NCBI GenBank assembly: GCA_041842265.1
Contig: JBGYWU010000032.1
Location: forward strand, 1 to 38,178
Length of the DNA: 38,178 bases
Direction: 5' to 3'
Source: Candidatus Limimorpha sp.
GTDB taxonomy: Bacteria > Bacteroidota > Bacteroidia > Bacteroidales > F082
Each line of letters begins with the position of its first letter. Position 1 is the stretch's first letter. Below the pieces are notes generated by a model. That model saw only the letters and a list, made by a program, of their open reading frames with translations, had not been told where the DNA came from and searched no databases. This document shows positions 23,551 through 31,337 of this stretch, piece after piece. The translations under genes and the position numbers were made by a program.

Positions 23551-24432
23551 TTGCTTTTGGAGTTGGGGGAGATGGCCCGTTCCGTGTCCTATTACCACTT
23601 GAAGCGCCTGAAGTCTGGCGACAAGTATGCGGTGGAAAAGGAGTGCACAAGGTCCATTTTCCATGAGCACAAAGGGAGTTACGGCTACCGTCGCTTGACC
23701 GCCGAGACGCACGACAGGGGCTTTGCAATCAACCACAAGACTGTCCAGCGCCTGGTGGACGCGATGTGCCTGAAAAGCAGGATACGCAGGGTGAGGTACC
23801 GCTCGTACAAAGGCGAGGTCGGCAGAATCGCTCCAAATATCATAGCCAGGGACTTTGCGGCAGAGGCTCCGAACCGCAGGTGGGCGACTGGTGTGACGCG
23901 GATAAACATAGGCGCTGTCAAGCTCTATCTGTCGCCCATACTGGATATGTTCAACGGAGAGATCGTATCCTACAACATCTCCCGCTGTCCGAATCTCGAA
24001 CAGATATACGATATGCTTGACATGGCTTTTGCCAAGCTCGAAAGCACTGAAGGCCTAATACTGCACTCCGACCAGGGGTGGCAGTACCAGCACTTCGGAT
24101 ACCGCCAGCGGCTTGCGGAGCATCACGTCATCCAAAGCATGTCTCGCAAAGGCAACTGCCTCGACAATGCAATGGCCGAGAACTTCTTCGGAATCATGAA
24201 GTCGGAACTCCTATACGCTGAAAAGTTCGAGTCGCCAGAGGCCTTCGTGGAAGCCTTGGAAGAATACATTGAGCACTACAACAATAAAAGAATAAATTCT
24301 CGGTCAAATGGAAAGAGTCCGGTGCAATACCGAACTCTTTACCAAAACAATTATTGTTTAATCCGTCCAACTTTTTTGGGTCACTTCATTTTGACCTTCG
24401 GGGTTTTGTTTTATTTAACCCTCAACTTCTGA
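23551..24432 (+). CDS. IS3-family transposase OrfB (rve/DDE integrase core), expressed as an OrfAB fusion
   Basis: Contains LYLSPILDMFNGEIVSY, HSDQGWQY (second D) and GNCLDNAMAENFFG (E). The first catalytic-Asp position reads WATGVTRI, where I expect W-x-T-D-V-T. The reading frame runs 44 nt past the IS right end. Confidence 0.85.
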   Translation: MLLELGEMARSVSYYHLKRLKSGDKYAVEKECTRSIFHEHKGSYGYRRLTAETHDRGFAINHKTVQRLVDAMCLKSRIRRVRYRSYKGEVGRIAPNIIARDFAAEAPNRRWATGVTRINIGAVKLYLSPILDMFNGEIVSYNISRCPNLEQIYDMLDMAFAKLESTEGLILHSDQGWQYQHFGYRQRLAEHHVIQSMSRKGNCLDNAMAENFFGIMKSELLYAEKFESPEAFVEALEEYIEHYNNKRINSRSNGKSPVQYRTLYQNNYCLIRPTFLGHFILTFGVLFYLTLNF

Positions 24433-25484
24433 CCGATTTGCAGTGTCTTGTTTTGTCGGATACCATTCAGCTGGCAGAGCTTATTTACCGACATTCCGTA
24501 CTTCTTGGCAATCTTGCCCAAAGTGTCGCCTTTCTTCACAGTGTAATAGACCTTTTTCCCTTTGGTTCCCGTATTCTGTGGGGATTTCTTCGAGGCATTC
24601 AGCGACTGCCGGTCGGTTTGTCCGTAGTGCGAGTTGATGTTGAAATAGTGCTTATGCAGCATGAATTCCTCTGAGCGGAGAGTGCCGTTGTCAAAGTCGA
24701 AGATTCGTTCGGGATCGAAGCTCTGGCCCATGTAGCGTGTCTCAAAATGGAGGTGTGGCCCCGTGGAACGTCCCGTGGAGCCGCCGTAGCCAATGGGTTC
24801 GCCAGCCTTCACCAAGTCGCCGCTCTTCACGATATACTTCGACAGGTGTCCGTAGTATGTCTCCAGGCCATTCAAGTGGCGGATGACGAGCACATTACCA
24901 TAGCCACCCGTCATGGAGGTAGGAAGGGCAGCACGCACAATGCCATCGAATGCGGCATACACGACATCGCCCGTACGCAAACCTATGTCGACACCTCTGT
25001 GCGGGCGGCGGCGTCTGAACTTGAACTGCGAGGTAACCGGTGCGGGATGCGGAATGCAAAAGCGGTGCACTGAATCCACCAATACCAACAGGACCGAATC
25101 TGGAAGATCGTTCAAGGCAATGTCGCGATAACTGTGCACAGTCTCGGTGTCCCAATGGTAGTTGCTGAGCGAATCCGGAATTTCGGGACGCTCGAGTTGG
25201 TAAAACAGCCAAGTGCCATTGTCGAAAAGCACCACTTTCTGATACTTGTCTTCGGTAGGAAGGGTGTCGATGGGCATGGCGATACCTTCCGAATACTCCT
25301 CATCCTCTTCACCATCATCCTCTTCATTGTCAAATACAATGGAGTCGTTGCCGTACACATAAATATATATGGTGTCGCGAACGGCAAAGGAGTTCTTTAA
25401 ACGTTTGAAAAATCCTTCATTCTCCTGAGAGAAGGCTATGGATGAAAGCATTAGGCAAATTATGAAAGCAGTTAATTTCTTCAT
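24411..25484 (-). CDS. M23-family peptidoglycan endopeptidase with C-terminal LysM domain
   Basis: Start moved to ATG 25484 (MKKLTAFIICLMLSSIAFSQ). M23 motifs HRGVDIG and GPHLHFE. LysM segment YYTVKKGDTLGKIAKKYGMSVNKLCQLNG. Confidence 0.9.
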   Translation of the reverse strand: MKKLTAFIICLMLSSIAFSQENEGFFKRLKNSFAVRDTIYIYVYGNDSIVFDNEEDDGEEDEEYSEGIAMPIDTLPTEDKYQKVVLFDNGTWLFYQLERPEIPDSLSNYHWDTETVHSYRDIALNDLPDSVLLVLVDSVHRFCIPHPAPVTSQFKFRRRRPHRGVDIGLRTGDVVYAAFDGIVRAALPTSMTGGYGNVLVIRHLNGLETYYGHLSKYIVKSGDLVKAGEPIGYGGSTGRSTGPHLHFETRYMGQSFDPERIFDFDNGTLRSEEFMLHKHYFNINSHYGQTDRQSLNASKKSPQNTGTKGKKVYYTVKKGDTLGKIAKKYGMSVNKLCQLNGIRQNKTLQIGQKLRVK

Positions 25485-25515
25485 AATAAAGGATGATTTT
25501 TGAAAAACAAAGTCG

Positions 25516-25523
25516 CAAAAGTA
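25516..25523 (-). promoter_or_regulatory. -7 promoter box (TACTTTTG) upstream of the M23 peptidase gene
   Basis: TAnnTTTG match on the minus strand, 31 nt upstream of ATG 25484. Confidence 0.45.
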
Positions 25524-25732
25524 GACAAAAATCCCGAAACTGCAAGTGGAATTTTGGCAAAAACAGAGCAAAAAAAACGAAATATTGCCATTTTGTCAGT
25601 TTTTTCTTTTGGCACAAAGATTGACAAATTGGGGTCGCTGTAAAATGACTTGCAGTTGTAGAAACGCCAACAAAACGCCAACAAATAATATAAATAAAAA
25701 AAGTAACAAATAAAATAAAGGAGAACTAAGAA

Positions 25733-27658
25733 ATGTCAAAGATTATCGGTATCGATTTAGGGACAACCAACTCATGTGTGGCCGTCATGGAGGGCAACGA
25801 GCCTCAGGTCATCGCCAACAGCGAAGGCCATCGCACCACCCCTTCGGTGGTCGCATTCACCGACAACGGCGAACGTAAGGTTGGCGAGCCTGCCAAACGT
25901 CAGGCCATCACCAACCCGCTGCGTACCGTTTATTCCATCAAACGCTTCATGGGCGAGACCTATGACAAGCTGGACACCGAAATGCGCCGTGTGCCATACA
26001 AGGTCATGCAAGGCCCTAACAACACACCGCGTATCGACATCGACGGCAAGCAATACACTCCGCAGGAAATCTCTGCCATGGTGCTTCAGAAGATGAAGAA
26101 GACCGCTGAGGACTTCCTCGGACAGAGTGTCACAGAAGCGGTCATCACGGTGCCTGCCTACTTCAACGACGCCCAACGCCAGGCCACCAAGGAAGCGGGG
26201 GAAATTGCCGGACTGAAAGTGCGCCGCATCATCAACGAACCTACCGCCGCAGCCCTAGCATATGGCTTGGACAAGAAAAAGAACGACGTAAAAGTCGCTG
26301 TTTATGACCTCGGCGGCGGCACTTTCGATATTTCCATCCTTGAATTGGGCGATGGCGTGTTTGAGGTGAAATCGACCAACGGCAACACCCACCTCGGTGG
26401 CGACGACTTCGACGAAGTCATCATCAACTGGCTGGCTGAAGAGTTCAAGAAAGACAAAGGTATCGACCTTCGCAAAGACCCGATGGCCCTGCAACGCCTG
26501 AAGGAAGCCGCCGAAAAGGCAAAGATAGAGCTAAGCGCTTCGAGCGAGACTGAAATCAACCTTCCTTACATCATGCCTGTCGACGGTATCCCACAGCACT
26601 TGGTTCGCACCTTGAGTCGCTCGAAGTTCGAGCAACTTGCCGACAAACTGATCCACGACACCATCGAGCCTTGCCGTCGTGCCCTGCAAGATGCCGGCTT
26701 GACCGTCAACGATATTGATGACGTCATCCTGGTTGGCGGTTCGACACGTATCCCCGCCATCCAGAACATCGTCCGCGACTTCTTCAAGAAGGAACCTTCG
26801 AAAGGTGTTAACCCTGACGAGGTCGTTGCAATCGGTGCATCTATTCAAGGCGGCGTACTCACAGGAGAAGTGAAAGATGTACTATTGCTTGACGTGACCC
26901 CGCTGAGCCTCGGCATCGAAACCCTCGGCGGCGTGATGACCAAGCTGATCGAAAGCAACACCACCATCCCGACCCGCAAGTCGGAGGTCTTCTCGACTGC
27001 TGCCGACAACCAACCTTCAGTAGAAATCCACGTGCTGCAAGGCGAGCGTCCTATGGCCGCACAAAACAAGACCATCGGTCGTTTCATCCTCGACAGCATC
27101 CCGCCCGCGCCACGTGGCATCCCGCAAATCGAAGTCACCTTCGACATCGACTCCAACTGCATCCTGAACGTGTCGGCTAAAGACAAAGCCACAGGCAAGA
27201 CCCAAAGCATCCGCATTGAGGCCTCATCAGGCTTGACCGATGCCGAAATCGAGCGCATGAAGAGCGAAGCCCAAGCCAACGCCGAAGCCGACAAAAAGGA
27301 GCGTGAACGTATCGACAAACTGAACCAAGCCGATACTGTCATCTTCCAGACCGAGAAACAGCTGAAGGAATACGGAGACAAATTGCCAGCCGACAAGAAG
27401 GCTGAAATTGAGGCAGCCCTTGGCAAGCTGAAAACAGCACATCAATCACAAGACATCGCCGGCATAGATGCCGCCATGAATGAGATGAACGCCATGTGGC
27501 AAAAAGCCAGCGAGGAAATGTACAAGAACGCCGGAGCCCAAGGCGGCCCGCAAGGCGGCTTCGACCCGAACAACATGAGTGGCAACCCGAACCAAGGCCC
27601 GCAGAACAAGGGTGGTGATGACACCGTCACTGACGCCGACTTTGAAGAAGTGAAGTAA
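25733..27658 (+). CDS. dnaK: molecular chaperone DnaK (Hsp70)
   Basis: Contains [18 protein letters not shown] and [11 protein letters not shown]; the C-terminal tail ends DADFEEVK. 641 aa. Confidence 0.98.
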   Translation: MSKIIGIDLGTTNSCVAVMEGNEPQVIANSEGHRTTPSVVAFTDNGERKVGEPAKRQAITNPLRTVYSIKRFMGETYDKLDTEMRRVPYKVMQGPNNTPRIDIDGKQYTPQEISAMVLQKMKKTAEDFLGQSVTEAVITVPAYFNDAQRQATKEAGEIAGLKVRRIINEPTAAALAYGLDKKKNDVKVAVYDLGGGTFDISILELGDGVFEVKSTNGNTHLGGDDFDEVIINWLAEEFKKDKGIDLRKDPMALQRLKEAAEKAKIELSASSETEINLPYIMPVDGIPQHLVRTLSRSKFEQLADKLIHDTIEPCRRALQDAGLTVNDIDDVILVGGSTRIPAIQNIVRDFFKKEPSKGVNPDEVVAIGASIQGGVLTGEVKDVLLLDVTPLSLGIETLGGVMTKLIESNTTIPTRKSEVFSTAADNQPSVEIHVLQGERPMAAQNKTIGRFILDSIPPAPRGIPQIEVTFDIDSNCILNVSAKDKATGKTQSIRIEASSGLTDAEIERMKSEAQANAEADKKERERIDKLNQADTVIFQTEKQLKEYGDKLPADKKAEIEAALGKLKTAHQSQDIAGIDAAMNEMNAMWQKASEEMYKNAGAQGGPQGGFDPNNMSGNPNQGPQNKGGDDTVTDADFEEVK

Positions 27659-27683
27659 CTCCAAAAATCAATTTGAATAGGAA

Positions 27684-27722
27684 AACAAATCCGCGTAGCT
27701 CAATGAGTTGCGTGGATTTGTT
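27684..27722 (+). terminator. terminator hairpin after dnaK
   Basis: AACAAATCCGCG - 15 nt loop - CGTGGATTTGTT forms 12 bp including one G-U, followed by a weak T-rich tail (GTTATTAT). Confidence 0.6.
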
Positions 27723-28067
27723 GTTATTATCGCAATTCGGTCATTCGACTTCCAAATGCTTATTAATATTGAACTTTAATGACCAACATTAGAAATTGAA
27801 GTTTACAAACATCAATTATTCAATTATTTTCGGAACGAACCACAACTTTGACTTTTCTAACGACCAATTGGAGGAAAAATATGTACCACCCCCTTCCTTT
27901 GCAAAAGCTGCATTTAGGTCTTGTAAAATAACACCCTCAAAAATATTGAAAAGCGCAACATAGAACTTATTGAAAGGCAAATAGTTAACCATCCATAATA
28001 ATTACACTCGCAAATGCGCAACAGTGTATTGATAAGTGGCGTTTAGGTCAAATTGCAAGATGATTCT

Positions 28068-30638
28068 TTATTCTTTGTCAGCGGACTGTTTGAAACGTAT
28101 GCCTGAGACTTCTTTCGTCACTCCGTCGGCTTGAATGTCAACAGGGATGAAGGCGAAACTCCAACGCAAGCCTTGATACGACTTGGGCACAAGGATTTCC
28201 ACCTGGTTCTCACCCTTGTTCAAATGAAATCGGGCGGGTTGGCGCATCCAATAGAGTTGTTCGTCAGTGAAGGGATCTTCTTCCTCGGGCTTCCCCCAAG
28301 TGTTGAAACGATAATCGTACTTTCCGGGTTCATCCCACGGTTTCGAAGGCAAAACCTCCTCTCCGTTCACAAAACACCGGCAGTCCCCCTCCCACTGGCC
28401 CTGTTTTCCGATACCGTAACCATTGCGATTGGAACGAGCCGGCGTGCAAAAGCCTATCCATGCCTCCATGTCCTTATCATTTTTCGCCACAATGACCGTT
28501 TGCGCTTTCGCCAAAGCCTGTTCACCTACACTAATATGATAGGTCTGACAGAGCGCATCCAAATCGACCACACCCCCATAGGTAATAAGCGGTTCGTTAT
28601 CATCAATTATCACTTGCCATTCCATCTGAGAGTTGGCCACCCAAGGCATCATGCCATGATGAAATCGGTCGCGGTGTACAGCCATTTTCTCCTCGAAATT
28701 GGCCAAACGCGACCCCGCCTCGGTAAGTGGTCCCGTAGGCAGATTCTCGTTCAGCACCTTTCCTGCGTCTCCACCATTCCAGAAACGTTCCGAAAAAGAC
28801 ATCATACCGTTGACCATGCCGTTATGCAAGGCGATGTTCTCTTTCCGGTCAACACGAACGTCATTCCACAAGCAAAGGACACCCCCGTAGGCTTTGGTGG
28901 TGTCAGGCACCGACTGACCTGCCGCGGTATGCAAAAAGGCGCGACTTGTGAAAAGCATCGGGTCGTAATAGTTCAGATAGCCGACAAAAGAATCCAAATA
29001 CTTCCCTGGCTTGCTTGAAGCTGCCGCATTGGAACCCGCCGCCTCGTTCCAGATCTGTCGAATCACCTTATCGGAAGCAGGCAGGCCTGGATCCCAAACA
29101 ATGGCTTGGCGCTCATACTTATCCACCAGATTCTCAAGCCATCGCATAAATCCATCCGGGTCCTGAATCCGCACCTCGTCGGAGCCAATGTGGATGTATG
29201 GGCATTCGCTTTTCGGGATCTCGGTGAAGAACTCGTCAAGGCAGCGCTCCAACACCCGACGGCCTTCCTCGGAGTCCATCGTAAAGCCAAAGGCATTCAT
29301 GAAATAGGACGAATGTCCGGGCATGTCAATCTCAGGCACCACCGTTATGCCACGCTCTTTGGCGTAAGCAATCACCTCGCGAATTTCATCATATGTGTAG
29401 AATTTGTCCTCATCACGCCCTTTTCTTTGATACTGAGAATCATTGAGTTGCGGAAAAGCCTTACACTCGATACGCCAAGCGGGATAGTCTGTCAGATGCC
29501 AATGAAAAACATTCAGTTTGTAAAAACTCATCAGGTCAAGTGTCTCTTTCAACAGATGGACAGGCTGATAATTGCGCCCCGTGTCGTGCATGAAGCCGCG
29601 AAAAGGATACTCAGCCCAGTCGTGGACTTCCATGTTGGCTATCCGCCCTTGCTCGTCAATCAGCTGCCTCAAAGTGCTTTGTGCCCAAACGGTATTGCCT
29701 GAAACAACGGCTTTTCCGCGCATGACCTTGATGCGGTACTCATCGGGATCAGCAAACTGTTCCTTTTCATTGACAAGCACCTTCTGAAGCTTGAATTTTT
29801 TTCTACCAAGTTGCTGATATTCTTTCGGTTCAGGGATGACATCAGTTTTTGTGTCCAACTCATAGTAGCGCACATAATCCACCCTCATCTCAACCGGAAG
29901 TTTCGCCGTGTCAATGAATGGCGAGCGGTCGCGCCCGAGCTGGGCATCAAGAATCAAATAATAATCATGCTGACTGAACGGGAATTGTCCGTTAACTCCC
30001 TTCTTGTATCGCGGGTAGCGAAAAGAGCATTCCCCGTTGACAAAAAACACGAGGCTGTCTTGGAAACGCTCCACTCCATAGGTGTTATATTCAAGTTCAT
30101 CATACAAAGGATAAGCCACTTGAGAAGGTCGGTTCCTTTTTTTGAGGTGGTAAGTATAATAACTATGAACAGTTTGATTCACAAATGGATTGTCCCTAAA
30201 ATGCTCCATGATGTCGATTTCGCCGCCATAAGGCCAATCCAAGGCATGGTTGACTTCGGGCAACATCCAAATAGCTGGCCAATAGCCCTGGGCTATGTCA
30301 AACTTGGCACACACCTCGAGCCGCCCAAAACCGAATGTTTTTCTGCGAATGCTCCAAACTCCCCCAGTAAGATAGCCTGCTGGGTCATTGGGCAAAAAGT
30401 CATTCACCATCCCGCGCAGCACCAAATCGCCACCATCAAACGCGTAAAGCGTGTCGTGAGAAGACATGTGGATGGCCCAGTCAGCCTTGCTCCGCCAAAC
30501 CTTCGACCACACTTTGCCATCCAAAGACTTGCCGTTGAATTCATCGTTCCACATCAAAGCGTAGCGACGGTGCTCTTGGGCAGAAAGCCTACCGACAAAA
30601 CTGCTTATTATCAACAGTATCAATATAAAACGTTTCAT
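28068..30638 (-). CDS. secreted bifunctional-looking glycoside hydrolase: N-terminal GH16 domain fused to a GH20 beta-hexosaminidase plus an unassigned C-terminal domain
   Basis: Signal peptide MKRFILILLIISSFVGRLSAQ. GH16 motifs MWNDEFNG, WPAIWMLP and catalytic EIDIME. GH20 motifs FRGFMHDTGRNY, NVFHWHLTDYPAWRIE, VVPEIDMPGHS and HIGSDEV. The last 250 aa or so are unassigned. Confidence 0.85.
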   Translation of the reverse strand: MKRFILILLIISSFVGRLSAQEHRRYALMWNDEFNGKSLDGKVWSKVWRSKADWAIHMSSHDTLYAFDGGDLVLRGMVNDFLPNDPAGYLTGGVWSIRRKTFGFGRLEVCAKFDIAQGYWPAIWMLPEVNHALDWPYGGEIDIMEHFRDNPFVNQTVHSYYTYHLKKRNRPSQVAYPLYDELEYNTYGVERFQDSLVFFVNGECSFRYPRYKKGVNGQFPFSQHDYYLILDAQLGRDRSPFIDTAKLPVEMRVDYVRYYELDTKTDVIPEPKEYQQLGRKKFKLQKVLVNEKEQFADPDEYRIKVMRGKAVVSGNTVWAQSTLRQLIDEQGRIANMEVHDWAEYPFRGFMHDTGRNYQPVHLLKETLDLMSFYKLNVFHWHLTDYPAWRIECKAFPQLNDSQYQRKGRDEDKFYTYDEIREVIAYAKERGITVVPEIDMPGHSSYFMNAFGFTMDSEEGRRVLERCLDEFFTEIPKSECPYIHIGSDEVRIQDPDGFMRWLENLVDKYERQAIVWDPGLPASDKVIRQIWNEAAGSNAAASSKPGKYLDSFVGYLNYYDPMLFTSRAFLHTAAGQSVPDTTKAYGGVLCLWNDVRVDRKENIALHNGMVNGMMSFSERFWNGGDAGKVLNENLPTGPLTEAGSRLANFEEKMAVHRDRFHHGMMPWVANSQMEWQVIIDDNEPLITYGGVVDLDALCQTYHISVGEQALAKAQTVIVAKNDKDMEAWIGFCTPARSNRNGYGIGKQGQWEGDCRCFVNGEEVLPSKPWDEPGKYDYRFNTWGKPEEEDPFTDEQLYWMRQPARFHLNKGENQVEILVPKSYQGLRWSFAFIPVDIQADGVTKEVSGIRFKQSADKE

Positions 30639-30708
30639 GGAGATATAATTTCAGCTCGTAAAAATACAAAATTCCACATTGAGTCTGGAAGATATCAGAT
30701 TTGTTTCT

Positions 30709-30716
30709 TACTTTTG
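30709..30716 (+). promoter_or_regulatory. -7 promoter box (TACTTTTG) upstream of the 5-formyl-THF cyclo-ligase gene
   Basis: TAnnTTTG match on the plus strand, 17 nt upstream of ATG 30734. Confidence 0.45.
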
Positions 30717-30733
30717 CCAAAATTATCGGCAAC

Positions 30734-31255
30734 ATGGAGAAAAAAGAATTGCGCAGCCAGATCAAAGCCTTGAAAAAACAGTACACCAAAGAGCAATTGA
30801 TGGAACAGTCGGAGAAGATACTGGCTAAGCTCGAACAACATCCTGATTTTATCAAAGCAAAGAAAGTCATGCTATACAACGCTCTGCCCGACGAAGTGCA
30901 GACCCGCGCTTTTTTGGATAAATGGCACCTGAAGAAGCACATCATCCTGCCCACTGTGGTGGGCGATGACATCATCCCCGTGGAATATGCTCAGGGCACT
31001 GAGTTTGCCATGGGCGACTTCAACATTCTTGAGCCTCAAAACAAGCCTTACGGCGGCGATTTCGACCTCATTGTCGTCCCGGGCGTGGCTTTCGACCGCA
31101 ACGGCAACCGTCTCGGACGTGGCAAAGGTTACTACGACCGCTTCTTAAGCCAACATCTGGAAGTGCGCCGCATCGGCATCTGCTTCGACTTCCAAATGGT
31201 GGAGAAAATTTCTGTAGAGTCGTTCGACATCCCTATGGACGAGGTAATCTCATAA
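30734..31255 (+). CDS. 5-formyltetrahydrofolate cyclo-ligase
   Basis: Start moved to ATG 30734 (MEKKELRSQIKALK). DLIVVPGVAFDRNGNRLGRGKGYYDRFL is the MTHFS signature. Confidence 0.85.
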   Translation: MEKKELRSQIKALKKQYTKEQLMEQSEKILAKLEQHPDFIKAKKVMLYNALPDEVQTRAFLDKWHLKKHIILPTVVGDDIIPVEYAQGTEFAMGDFNILEPQNKPYGGDFDLIVVPGVAFDRNGNRLGRGKGYYDRFLSQHLEVRRIGICFDFQMVEKISVESFDIPMDEVIS

Positions 31256-31301
31256 AATTGAGATTTTTCTCATTTTGGACTTCCGTTTCAATACTTTTTC
31301 G

Positions 31302-31309
31302 TATTTTTG
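31302..31309 (+). promoter_or_regulatory. -7 promoter box (TATTTTTG) upstream of the C10 peptidase gene
   Basis: TAnnTTTG match on the plus strand, 28 nt upstream of ATG 31338. Confidence 0.45.
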
Positions 31310-31337
31310 AAGCCTTTTTTATAACATCAGACCTTAT

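Larger units (their letters stand above)
23035..24388 (+). mobile_element. IS3-family insertion sequence (IS150-group-like), probably defective
   Basis: Two-ORF organisation with a -1 frameshift site. Termini are TGCACTGAACCC...GTTG on the left and, on the right (reverse complement), TGAAGTGACCCAAAAAAGTTGGAC, i.e. TG...CA ends. OrfB resembles my recollection of IS150 InsK closely. No flanking direct repeat was found (AAC versus TTT). Confidence 0.85.

Noticed and set aside
24389-24432. The IS right end might lie beyond 24388, because orfB stays open to 24432.
   Set aside because: Similarity to the left-end repeat stops at the CA at 24387-24388, and the following 22 nt run directly into the M23 gene stop codon. 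A flank-provided stop seems the simpler reading, though this is uncertain without other copies.
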